Shown here: positions 11,101-23,334 of the stretch, piece after piece | How positions within the stretch are numbered: position 1 is the first letter of the stretch | Layout of the letters: every line of letters starts with the position of its first letter | Assembly (NCBI GenBank): GCA_001643675.2 | Contig: LSRY02000017.1 | Span: 1 to 64,000, forward strand | Source: Monocercomonoides exilis PA203 | Taxonomy: Eukaryota > Protista > Preaxostyla | Reading direction: 5' to 3' | Length of the DNA: 64,000 nucleotides | Translations under genes and position numbers: made by a program | Notes under the pieces: model-generated | The model's database searches: none | What the model was told of the DNA's origin: nothing | The model's input: the letters and a program-made list of their open reading frames with translations, nothing else

Positions 11101-14100
11101 ATTTGTTGGAAAAAACAAATGACACATTGTATATATTCACTGTGGAATTTAAAAGGAATAAAGCATCACGTCTATTGTAAATCGTGTTATTCAAAACAAT
11201 AATTCCATCATGTTGATCGGAATCTAGCATTTTGATTGTGACATCACTGACATATCCTTCGCCATTCACAGAGGAACTCCTATAAATAAGCAAGTGACTG
11301 TAAACTGAAGGAATTACATGTGACATTCCAATATCCACAGATGTGCATGGACTTATTTGTTTTCCGCATTGACGATTGTCAGCGTTGTTTTCCATTACAT
11401 TTGATACAAATATCATTTCATCTTTGAAAACAATCAAATAAGGAAGAAGATCCTCCTCATCTTCAAATGCATCCATTGTACATCCCCAGATCGCTAACTC
11501 TCTGTCAAATGGTAGATTGAAGTTAATTTGGAATTGCACATCGCTTAATTGTTTTTCAATGGATTGACATTTTACATAAACATCTCTTCCACAATATCCA
11601 AGATTCCTAATGAATGTTACGTTTGTAATAGCAAAGTTTAACAGTATTTCCTTTTTCTCAATGCAGTCCAAATACATCCCACCTCCACGTCCATTTAATG
11701 CACAATAGCATTCGATTACACTTGAATTATGAATTTGCATTCCATTTTTTTCATTCAATTGAATCATCATTCCACCTCCTTTTTACTCCAATCACTTCCA
11801 CATTTCTTCAAAGTTGTATTCTCAATGATAATGTTACTTTCGCAATCACTGTCGCAATCACAAAAAATAATGGCTGGTTCTGTTTCCGATTTGTGAGAAA
11901 TATTCTCAAACTCGCACAATTCAAACACAATCATTTTATCGTTTTCAATGCACTCTGTTTCATCACTGTATGAACAGCAATGCTTGAAAAAACTCATTCC
12001 GTTTAGTGTTACTCCTTTTATTGAAATGTTTTTGACAGATAACTCTTCAATGCAATGCGAAACAATAAAATGAGAATCACAATTCAGTTGGCTGAATGAA
12101 CTCGCAATAATTTCACATTTTCCTGATGTACAAATGATGAATGAATATTTCAACTTGTTATTGGAAATGTCATTAACATCACATTCACTTAATATGAAAT
12201 GCCCATTTGATGTCCATATAACTCCTTCAATATCCAGTTCATTAATATTTGTGAAACTCAAATTCAGCATACTAATTGTCATGTCTCTGCTGTTCTCAAA
12301 AATGGATTCACAGTCAACAACTCCTTTAGCTTTGCAATTAAAAATCGGATTGAATCTTAAAAAGCTTCTCTCAAGTGGCATCGCTGATGTGATGCATATG
12401 CCAGACAAATCAAGCTTACTATCAACTAGAACATCTTCAATCACAAACAGTTTGAGTAATGAAGGGTCTATTAATTCAGCTTGCGAAAAAGAAAAGTTTG
12501 TGAGAGGGTTTGGGTCAACAGAATGTCGAAAGTGTTCAATGCACTTTGGTACAGTCAAGCATGGTTCATTTTCTCTTCCGCATCGTAAAGTATCCAATCC
12601 CTTTGTTTCACTTACAAATATCTGCTCAGAGGTATATTCAAGAAGAAGACGGGTGATATCGAAACTTTTATATATCTTGTCATTTCCAACAAACAGGTTA
12701 TCATCTTCCCATCCTTTGGAAACATCAAAGCAAAATGTTGCTGTTGTCACCGAATTGAATAAATCAGCACATTGAATAAACATATTCTTGCCGAATTTTG
12801 CACTGCAATATGAAAAATCAAGATCTCTTAAAATAAAGCAATCTGCTTCATTGCTATCCAAAAGAATTCCACCTCCAAAGCTAATCATTTGATCAGTTGG
12901 TGCTTCGCATCTGTTGAAATGACAGGATGAAATAATAATTTCTGACGAATTTGATAACGAACAGAAAAGTCCACCTCCTCCATCTTCATCACTCATAACT
13001 TTGCATTCTTCGAAATTGCAATCATAAATTGTGATCTTATCTATCTTATCATCTAAATCTTGGCAGTTGATGCATGTTCCATTTCCTTTTGAAATGGTAT
13101 TATTCAAAAATGAAATGTTTCCAATTGTTGCTATTCCTGGACAATTCAATTTTATACCACATCCTTCTTCAAATATGCATCCACAAATTTTTGAATCATT
13201 TGCATCAATAAATCCGTATTCTGTTACATGAATTAATCCAATTTGTCCGGATGAATGAATGTTCCGCCACTCGCAAGCGATAATTGTTGCAGTTGAATCC
13301 CCACCAATCAATTCAATGATGGAATGATCACAAATAGTTATTCCATCAATAAATAATTGATTTGCAATTGCATGTCCATTCAAAATAGAGATGATATTAT
13401 ATTCAACTTCAAGCCCATTGCACTCTTCCGAATTTCCTTCAATTATTATATTATCAATGTTTAGGCAATCAGCGTTGACTTTTAATAGTGAAGAATAGGG
13501 TCTTATTGAATTGCACAACATCATCTTGATGCTTTTAAAGGTGCATGATTCACTTATTTCGATCATCCCATTTGACTCATCATTATTCTCGTTTCTGTTG
13601 ATTCGCATAGTGCTCATTGATTCTCCTCCATTGATGTTATATTCAACGTCATTCATAATAATTTTCTCATTAACCTGAACGCCTTCAAATATCTCAACGT
13701 TTTTTATAAATCCTTTCTTTCTGAAAAATGAATATCCCAGTGTTTGGCACGGAAATGATTCAAAACCGCATTTTGCATAATCCACTCCATTTTCTGCAAC
13801 TTTAACTGCAGATTTAAGTTGTAGAAAATAAATCTCCAATGGAATAACTACGTCAGGTATGGAATTTTCCATTCCCATAAGTTTATCTGAAGCATCGTCT
13901 TCTTTCCAAAATAAAAATCTGTTAATATTGATGGCTGATAGAAGATTTATTGATCGAATGAACACGTCTTTTCCATATTTTGCGTTATTGTTTTCTCCAA
14001 ATATTCCTCCTGATAAATTGAACTCAAACGACAAATCCTTCAAAATTATCATTAAACCACCACCCTTTCCTTTTTCTTCGATTTCAAATGGTGCTACACA

Positions 14101-16560
14101 CTTCTCAAATTCAGTGTTCGCTAAATTAAACGAACATCCATTGGAAATTGATATGAACATTCCTCCTCCTTCGTTTTCTGTTCCGGTAATGTTACAATTT
14201 ATAAATTTGCTTCCATTTATATCAATACTGCGCTCATTCCCAACATCAGGATAATCAGCGTAAATGCATCCTCCATTTCCATCATTCATAATATTTTCAA
14301 AAGTGCACAATGAAATTTCAATATTCTGAGCATTAATCATTGATATGCAGCTTGCTGCTTCAAAATTAAAATCACATATTCTTGAGTTCACCATTTTTAA
14401 ACTTCCACTGTCGATGCAAATTAGTGTTTTGCATGAACAATCCATAAGTGAAGTTTCATTTTCAAATGAACAGTCATTGAAACTAGTTATTCCGTTTGAT
14501 CCGATTCGTATAACTGTTCTATTGAAAGCACTCACAAAAGATATTGTATTAACAGTAAGAGATCCATTTGAAATGACGAGAAGGCATTCATTTAAAGATG
14601 ACTTCAAGCATTTGAGTTTTGTCTTTTTGTCAGAACATCCAACGAAAATGAAACTCTTTCCATTTAATAAAATTTCATCTTCAATAAATTCTTCTCCTGC
14701 AAGAATGATATTTTGCTTCATGTCAGATCGCCATAGTGTTATCCCATATGCTACTGTCTTGCATTCTGAACCTTCTCTTCCGCATGTGCAAATATTTGTA
14801 CCTGATCCTTTTATACAAATTTCAATTGGTTGAATAGGGAGCCATGAATTCTTCTCATTGTCATTATCTTCGCATTGCCCATTGTAATTTGAACAAACAA
14901 CCACTCTTCTTTTTGCGGTGGAGAGTGAATAGCAATTTGTTATTAAATTCTTTCCATAATCAGGCTCGAACGACGTTTCAATAAAAATGTCTGCAGCATA
15001 CATCTCTAGTTCCATTTTGTTTTCCGCAAAAAAGCAGAAGTTAATTGAAAATCTGTATTCATTATAAGAAACAGCAGTATCAATTCCAGCTGCTCCCAGT
15101 GGTGAGTATCCTCTCAACACTGAACAATTTGAAAAATTGCACATAACTTTTTGATCTTGAAGAAAAACAGTCCCTGCATAGCCTGTTCTTGCTTTGTTGT
15201 TATCAAATGTTGAATCGTAAGCACATCCGCTTCCTCCTTCATCCCATGCAATTGCTCCACCAAATGCCGCTTCACATCCAATAAAACTGCATCCCTTGAT
15301 TAAAGACAACCCATTATGTGTGTGAATAAATGCGCCTCCGATTGAATAATTCTCAACTCCAACACAATAAAAAAATGTTGTATTTAGAATTTCACAGTTT
15401 GTGCCATAACATAAAACTGCTCCTCCATAAGCATATTTACCGGTGTACGTGCAATTGCACTTCGAGAATAGGCAAGTTTTTATTGTTAAAACTCCGTTAC
15501 CTGAAACTGTTATTGCTCCTCCGTGAAGTGAAGAGCATCCTGTGAACGAGCATTCTTCAAATATTGTTTCACCTTCAGTGAATGATCCTCTTGTGGTTAG
15601 AAAATCTGTGTTTTTTATTATTCCAGAAGAACGTTCAAAAGAACTGTTAAATGCAAATAATTCGTTTGCGGTAGAACCTTCAACAACAACTCCATAGAAA
15701 GGTCTTTCACAATCAATGAATTCGCAATTATCTATCATATTTGTATGAACCGTATGGCGCTGATGAATGATTCGTTTTTCGCATTGGTTTTCCGTGATAT
15801 TTGTGAATTTGCAATGCTTTGTTTTGACTTGATAAAAATACTTGCTTCCTAACAGCGAGTCATTATCAGATGAAATCATTGACGAAAATTTGCTGTTGCT
15901 AATCAACACTGATCCGGTTAATTTATTTCTAGAAGAGCCATTTGCTGATGTTTCTACAAGTGAAAATGGATTGTTCAAATGACCGTTGTGAATGATGCTG
16001 ATGTTCGTTATGAATATTATCCCACTTGAAATGTTAAATGGGGTCTGAATTGTACAATCATTACAAATGAAAGTGGATTCCTTTACGAAAATGTTTGAGT
16101 TGATTGAATTCAAGAAAAATTTTTGGTAATGTTCATTTTGAAAGAATACTTTATTCAATTCAAATGAACAATTAGAATGTATTAAATTTGATGAAATAAC
16201 TGTTCCATTTGCTGAAACATTCTTCCAAAAAAGAACTGAATTATAAGTTTTTGCCCAGTTAGCAAATGTTTCATCTTCATGTTTTTGTTGATTGTTGTTA
16301 TCTTTCAGGAAAGTGCTTTGTTCAGGAATTATTGTTTCTTTATCATTGAAGTCTATTTCTTTTTTTGAATTCAAACAGTGAATGTCATTTGTTGATAAGG
16401 CAAGTTCAATTTCATTTTGTTTGTTTGATAACCCCAACATTGATTTTATTTGGGCATTTGCTGGTATTTGGTGTAATCTTGTTGATGCAACCGAGAAGCA
16501 ATCTTGAGCATTTTTTATGCAAATGAAGAATAATACAACATTAAGGCATGTTATCTTCAT
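8120..16560 (-). CDS. Giant type-I membrane protein: signal peptide, Cys/Asn-rich beta-helix (pectin-lyase/Pmp-like) ectodomain, one TM, degenerate kinase C-lobe; split by a 1-nt frameshift at ~11780
   Basis: ORFs 16560-11767 and 11770-8120. Repeated GGAI/GGG motifs and four CGxxxxP/ECxT/S modules; TM FWPIIVIIMAIILVIVLIASVILAV; C-terminal LRWKAPEL, SVVFSIGMMAWECLTLQIPF, GERP, RP. One extra A in the A5 run joins the ORFs as WSKKGGGMMIQL. Confidence 0.8.
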
Positions 16561-19207
16561 TAAACTTTCGAATATATAATTTTTATTTCTTTTCGGTTTC
16601 CAGTTTGTTTTTTGAATAATAAAAAATGGGATTTTTTATGATCTAAACTTTTCAAATTTTTGAATTAATGATCGTTTTTGTGATTCATCATGTTTGTTTA
16701 TTTGTGAAGTATTTTATGAAATAAAACTTTCTTGTTCGGCAATTAAAATTTTTCAATTGAATTTGAGAATTTTTAATTTTGAATGAATAATTAAATAAAA
16801 TATATAAATTTATTTATTTATTTATTTATATACTACACCAAAAATTATTCAACATCGAATAACTTTAATTCAAAAACGATAATATTTTATTCGAAATCGA
16901 AAATATTCACTTCAACATCGATAATTCTTTATCATCAAAATCTTTGAAAAAATTTTCAATATTCATTCTCTTGTCAGTTTCTTTTCTTTCAGTTATAGAT
17001 CCGAGAGTCATTTCAATTTCAATCAGAAAAAAGATTTTTTTTGATGTACTTGTTGTGTATTATTGTGTGAAATAGTGCAAATAGGATAAAACTTAGTTAT
17101 AATTAAACTCTTCACATGTGCTCAGGAGATTATGAGGAATTTGTGAAAATAAAAACGCGATAGGATCTTTCATAATCTTGTTTCACGCACAAAAAGATAG
17201 AAATCAATCTTATTTATTTATACCGAAACTTTTTAGATTTTATTTATCGACTTTTTAACTGATTAAACAAAACATTTTCAATCTAAAAAATGAGAAAAGG
17301 ATCAATGAATATTATTCTTTTTCATCGAAAACAGTAGTTAAAAATGAAAGAAAAACATTTCCAATAAATAAACATTTGCAATTGTCAACATTTTCGTCAA
17401 TAAAATTTCCTTGGTTTTGACTTGAATTGAAATACTGAACAAATTGTCTTCTTTTTCGATTTTGAATTTAAGTTTTTCAATGTTGAATAATTTTTGGTGT
17501 ATCATTTCAACCAAAATAAAATTCTCTTTCACAAATTTTCAAAATAAAGTGAAAAAAATCAAAGATTTCATAAAAAGTTCATTTCCATTCTTGTGAAAAC
17601 TAATTTTTCTTCGTTGCAAGAAAAAATCGATCAACACATTCGATTTTCTTCTTCTTCAGAATATTCATAAAAATGAATTGAAAAAAAACAAATCCAATGG
17701 CATTATCTCAATGACAGCAATCATCTTGACTCAATTGACAAACAAAGGATGATAGCATTCATAAGTTAAATGGAAATGGAAAAAATTTTCAGGTTGTTAT
17801 TTTTTTAGGTTTATATTTCTAACATTTATAATCTTATTGAAGGATTAAGTTGTAATAATTTGTTATTATTTTTCTATGTTGTTTGTATAGAGCTGTTGTT
17901 TTATTATTTTTTAATCGATAAAAAAAGTTAAATTCTGTCAATCGGATCATCCATCTTCATTGACGAAGATTGATGATAACATGGAAAATACTACAAAATA
18001 ATAAAATGATGAGACCTTCTGTTAAACTCAACGACTCAATATTTTATGTTATCAATGTTTCTCACAGATGAATTATTTATCTGTTTGAATAAATGGTAAT
18101 CGAATATCTCAAAAGAACTTTTTTCTTGAAATGAATTTTCATGCAAACATTATGACAAAACGATATTAGATATGAATTTTTGTTCACAATCCTTTCTATT
18201 TTTTTTTGAAAAATTCATTTTGTAAAATCTACAAATAAAATTCACATTCAACAAAATGAATTTTTTAAAAAAAAATCCATCATAATATGAAAATATCAAA
18301 AAAATTCAAAATGGATTGTTCATTACCGAATATTGAAATGTTCGAATAGATTTTTTTCTATTTTTGTGATTTTTTTAGAAAAGTCATAAAATTATAACCT
18401 TTCAAACTGGAGAGTTTTTGAGCATTTTTTTACAATATTCCATCTCAAAGAAATGTGACAAAATATTTGACTTAAGGCATTTTCATTGAAAAATTATGCA
18501 TCTTCGATGAACTTTTTGTGATCAAAAAATTTATATAAAATGGATTTGGATATTGACATTCGTGAAATAGTGGAAAACTTCTTGTTTAGATTTCAACGAT
18601 GCCTGTTTTCTGATATAAAAAACAAATTTGTTTCAAAATCTGAGAAAGCAAAATGAAGTTATGAATGAAGCAATTTTTCAATGCCTTGTGCAAAAAATGC
18701 TTGAAAGTCCGTATTTTCCCCCAAATAAAAAAAGGAACTTCATATGGGTGAATTTTTTTGAAATCATAAAAAATCACCTATATTTAATGTGATGCGTGTG
18801 AATAGAAAACAACTCACATAAAGTTTTCACCATTTCAAAAATTTGTGAATGTTGTAACTGAATTTGCATCATTCTATTTTTGATAATTTTATTTTTGCTC
18901 ATTTTATTTTTGATCCGATTTAACATTTTTGTTATAAACAACAAATAGCATCTTGAAAAAATATTTTTTTATATATATTTTTCTGATTTAAAAAAACATC
19001 AGAAAAATAAATTGCAATAATGATAAAATACAACACTGTTTCTATATATTCATAAACCTTCAAATTAATAAAATGAAAAAAAAATTTTTTTTTCTACAAA
19101 AAAAGAATTACTTTTGATCAAATGCATAATAATTATTGAATGAGCAATTTATTTACAATTGACATTTTGACGGTTTATATTGCAGGAAGAGCATCAAAAC
19201 CGAAGCG

Positions 19208-20854
19208 ATGAGCAAAATAATTGAAAGCAAAACTGATGCGCAAAAAGCGAATTGTGAACTCTCTTTAAAGGACGAGAAAGGAAGAACTGAAACAATGCGT
19301 TGGATAATGGAGAAAAAAACAGAACCGCCAGAATATATGAGGCACAACATAACACTTGGAGATAAGGAGGAAAATACAATGGCAATGTATTGGATTAGTT
19401 ATGTAAAGACAGAACCACCAGAATGGATGAGGCATGATATTACACTTCGCAACAATTTTGAATCAACAATGGCTATGATATGGATTCAATATGTTCAAAA
19501 AGAACCACCGAAATGGATGAGGCATGATATCACATTTCGCAACAATTGTGGATCAACTATGGCTATGATATGGATTAGTTATGTTAAGACAGACACCCCA
19601 GAGTGGATGAGACATGAAATCACTCTTTGCAATAAATATGGAAGGACAATGGCCATGATGTGGATCTATAATGTGAAAACAGAACCTCCAGAATGGATGA
19701 GGCATGATATCACTGTTTGTAATGAGAATGGAGATACAATGGCCATGTATTGGATAAAAAATGTGAAGACAGAACCACCGGAGTGGATGAGACACGACAA
19801 TGAGCTTGCAGATAAAAACGGAAAAACGATGGCGATGAATTGGATTGAGGAAGTTAAAACAGAACCACCACTATGGATGATAATGGATAGCACACAAGGC
19901 ACCAAGGAAAGGAGGACATTGTCGATGAAGTGGATTGAAGAGAAAAAAACTGAACCTCCAGGCTGGATGAGACATAGAGACACTTTTGTCAATTCGAAAG
20001 GACAGACGATGGCTATGAAGTGGATTTATTACGTCAAAACAGAACCGCCAGAATGGATGAGACACAACATTGCAATTGGAGATAATGGAGGAAAAACAAT
20101 GGCCATGCATTGGATAAAGGAAGTCAAAACAGAACCACCTTTGTCAATAAGGCATGAAATAGTCCAAAAAGATAACAATGGTGAAACAATGGCGATGAAG
20201 TGGATTCAGTTTGTTCAAACAGACCCATTGGGGTGGATGAGGCACGGTATTACGCTTGGAAATAAGAAAGGAGAAACAATGTCAATGTTTTGGATTGAAC
20301 ATATTCAAACAGAGCCTCCAGAATGGATGAGACATGATCCTGCTCTTATTGATAAGGAAGGGCGAACAATTGCCATGCTGTGGATTGGATGTGTTAAAAC
20401 AGACCCACCAGAGTGGATGAGACACGATGCTACACTTGCAAACTGTTATGGCTTGACGATGGCGATGAAGTGGATTCAAGAAGTCAAGACAGAGCCACCT
20501 GAGTGGATGAGGCATGACAACGAACTTGCCGATATGCCTGGGCGAACTATGGCGATGCAATGGATTCAGTTTACTGAAACTGAACCGCCAGAATGGATGA
20601 GACATGACAATCGGGTTGCGGACAGGGTTGGAAAAAGGATGGCAGATTATTGGGAAAGATATGTTGGAAATGAGATTCCAGAATGGATGAAGTGCGATGA
20701 ATCAATTTCCGCCAATGACATAGATAATGAATCCGATGATACCGTAGATGATGATGAAGAAATGATAAAGACAATAAATTTGATCAAAGAAAGTTTAAAG
20801 AAGTATCGGGGCAAAAGTGGAAAGAAAATGCGCTTGTTGATTAGGATTGAATAG
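19208..20854 (+). CDS. Intronless 548-aa protein with 16 tandem 30-aa repeats (xD/NxxGxTMAMxWIxxVKTEPPEWMRHDxxL), ankyrin-like register
   Basis: 90-nt periodicity visible in the DNA (AGAACCxCCx at 19321, 19411, 19501 and onward); no indels between repeats; acidic then basic C-terminal tail. Confidence 0.9.
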   Translation: MSKIIESKTDAQKANCELSLKDEKGRTETMRWIMEKKTEPPEYMRHNITLGDKEENTMAMYWISYVKTEPPEWMRHDITLRNNFESTMAMIWIQYVQKEPPKWMRHDITFRNNCGSTMAMIWISYVKTDTPEWMRHEITLCNKYGRTMAMMWIYNVKTEPPEWMRHDITVCNENGDTMAMYWIKNVKTEPPEWMRHDNELADKNGKTMAMNWIEEVKTEPPLWMIMDSTQGTKERRTLSMKWIEEKKTEPPGWMRHRDTFVNSKGQTMAMKWIYYVKTEPPEWMRHNIAIGDNGGKTMAMHWIKEVKTEPPLSIRHEIVQKDNNGETMAMKWIQFVQTDPLGWMRHGITLGNKKGETMSMFWIEHIQTEPPEWMRHDPALIDKEGRTIAMLWIGCVKTDPPEWMRHDATLANCYGLTMAMKWIQEVKTEPPEWMRHDNELADMPGRTMAMQWIQFTETEPPEWMRHDNRVADRVGKRMADYWERYVGNEIPEWMKCDESISANDIDNESDDTVDDDEEMIKTINLIKESLKKYRGKSGKKMRLLIRIE

Positions 20855-21871
20855 CGAAGGGAATAATGAGGATTTATTGGCTGAAATGAGATATCTCACC
20901 ATTGATGAGAGAAGCAATGAATAATATCTGGAGATGAATGAGAAAGGGCGAGCGTTGAAACAGAGGCAGCAGAAATAGAAGAAATCTTATAATTCAGCAA
21001 GAAGGTTTGCTTCATAAGCGCTGAAGATATTTTTTTTCCGATTGTTTGAATGGACGAATCAACAGATTGGAATGCGTGTCAGTTAAGACTATTCCACAAC
21101 ATTTCAAAATTCATGACTCTCTTTCTTCTCTCTTTCTTTGAAGTTTCTTTTTCCTCTTTCAACAAACATTTGGACATTCTTCAAACATATTTCATTTTGG
21201 TCTCCTTTCGATTTGCTTCTGATTGCTTTTTCATTCACCAGAACAATTGAAGCTATAAATTTCAATGTTTTTATTTTTTTATTTATTTTTTATTTTTTAT
21301 ATTATTTTCTGAATATTTTCTATTTTTTTTTCAAATTGTTTTTAACTTCATTTTTTCATTATTACAATTATTTTTACAATTACTTTGAATTTTTTTATTG
21401 TATTTTTCTTTTGACTTATTTCCTTTTTTTTCTTAATTATTAATTATTATTTCCTTCCTCTTTTAATTTTTATTAAATTAACAAATCAATTTTTGCTTAT
21501 TCAAAAATTATTTTTAGAAAAGATAAATTCAACTAACCTTGTTTTGTTTTAAGTATTTGCCACTCAAACTAAAAATTTAGTTTGGCGTCTTTTCAATCAA
21601 ATGAGCATTTCTGTGATTCGAAGTTGAGAAAATCAAAGAGAACAAATGGAAGGAAGCTGTGAAAATGATCTGTCTGTGCTGATGAAGGAGAAGTGAGGAT
21701 GAGTTCGATGTTTTCAAAGAATGAAACAATTCTAACTGCCTCTGAGGCAAATTGGCTTTTCAATGGATTTTAGTAGTGTTTGCTGTGAAAATAAGGAAAG
21801 AGTTTCATTTCCAACCTCGGAACCTCTGCCTCAGTTTAATTCCTGTCAAGATGTTGCTCGATCACCTCTGA

Positions 21872-22690
21872 TCATCTTCCTTTTCTTCTCCAATCATCTG
21901 CTCGCTTAAGTTTCCTCTTTTTGAAATCCTTTTCACTTATCTTTTTCTTTTTCTTCCCTTCTCTCTTCTTTTTTTCTTTGCTTCTCTGCTTTTTTACTTT
22001 TTCCTCCACCTCTTCTCGCTCCTTCAGTACCGCCAGTGCAATTGCTGCGTGTTGGAGAACTTCGTCTTTTATCACCCATCCTCAGCCCCGCAGCAGACAG
22101 TCCCTTCTCCACAATCTCCCATATCACACACTTCACCCCTCGCCCCATCACTTCATCTTTCAACTTTTCCACCAAATATTTTTACTGCGACGATCGATAT
22201 ATCTGCAGCAGCAACGTGTCAAGCGGATCGTCAATTGAAGAATGAACATTCACATCTGCCTCAGCAAAGATCTGTATTTCCTTGACTTCGTGCCCACAGA
22301 CGCTGCAAGCAATAAAAGCGAAATCACCAGAGGAATCGAAAGCATCTCCGAATGCACCTCGTTGAAGGCATACACAACACCTCCATATAGCACCGCCCTT
22401 CGCGCCACAACATAACCCCTCAGCTTCTGCAGCGCCAGACGCGACAGCGGCATGTGTTGCGCATACACCCCAGCCGCCTCTTGCACCACAATAAGCAGCC
22501 GCTTCTCTATGTCATCCATCGCTCCTGCCTACGTGTATGACGCAGCCGACGTATCCGAAGGGTCAATCACAAGCTTCGATAATGATGGCTGATCATCTCC
22601 TGCTGCCTTCTTCTCTTTGCTTCTCCGCCTCCTGAATGGCGAAGTTGATTGGCATGCTGCTCCAATCTCAGAAGCAGCAGCAGCAGCAGC
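21872..22690 (-). pseudogene. Decayed fragment of an unidentified protein-coding gene
   Basis: GC-richer, protein-like frames (EKKAAGDDQPSLSKLVIDPSDTSAASYT*AGAMDDIEKRLL...; DEVLQHAAIALAVLKERE) broken by stops and frame changes; no recognisable domain. Confidence 0.4.
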
Positions 22691-22780
22691 AGCAGCAGAA
22701 GAAGAAGAAGAAGAAGAAGAAGAAGAAGAAGAAGAACGATGAGGAGGAGGAGGAGAAGGAGAAGAAGAAGAAGAAGAAAA
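22675..22780 (+). repeat. Compound trinucleotide microsatellite (CAG)n-(AAG)n-(GAG)n-(AAG)n
   Basis: Directly visible; reads as poly-Ser/Ala on the minus strand, adjoining the decayed fragment. Confidence 0.9.
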
Positions 22781-23334
22781 AGAGAATGATAGTGATTATG
22801 ATATGGAAAAGAAAAAGAAATGATATTTTCTGAGCATATTGCTGTTGTTCTATGAATAAAAAAATGCCAAAATGTTTTTTGTTTTATCTTTTTCAATTCA
22901 ATTTTCCCTCTCTTTTCATTTTTCATCATCTCCATTTATCTTTTCCCTTCTTTCTTCATCTTTCACAGAACAATCTTTTCACTCATTCTCTCTTTTCCCC
23001 AATTAAATTCTATCCCTCATCGCACTAATAACCCAATGAAATACTTTTTCTTTCTCATCTTCTTATTACTATTCTTCCCTTCTTCTGCGTATATCCTCAA
23101 AATCTCGCTTTTTAAGATTTTTGAGCCAATTTCGGAGAATTAGCAGCATCGGAGAAATTTCTCTCTTCATTTTATTTTCCCAGCTTAAGTTTTATCTTCT
23201 GCTCCTTCTTCTTTAAAAAAACTTTTTCCTTTTTTTCTCCATGAAAATTCTCCCTTTCTGCACATCTTTTGAGAAATTTGCAGGAATAATTAATCCAAAC
23301 ATTTTCATCTTCTTTTCTCAAATCCAACATCTGA

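Noticed and set aside
17061-17190. Short hairpin (AGATTATGA/TCATAATCT) and a GTGTGAAATAGTGCA motif resembling the foldback end
   Set aside because: Only 9-15 nt matches in very AT-rich DNA, with no partner end found.
18000-18780. Coding-like remnants on the + strand
   Set aside because: Frequent stops in all frames and no identifiable motif.
19265-20700. 90-nt periodic DNA as a CRISPR-like array
   Set aside because: The periodicity is explained by an in-frame protein repeat with synonymous variation; there are no identical repeats with unique spacers and no cas genes.
20855-21116. Protein-like frame after the repeat gene interrupted only by TAA/TAG and ending in TGA, hinting at a TAR=Gln code as in Streblomastix
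   Set aside because: Four stops in about 87 codons is near random expectation, and intact genes here end in TAA/TAG with no internal TAR over thousands of codons. At most it is a decayed C-terminal extension.
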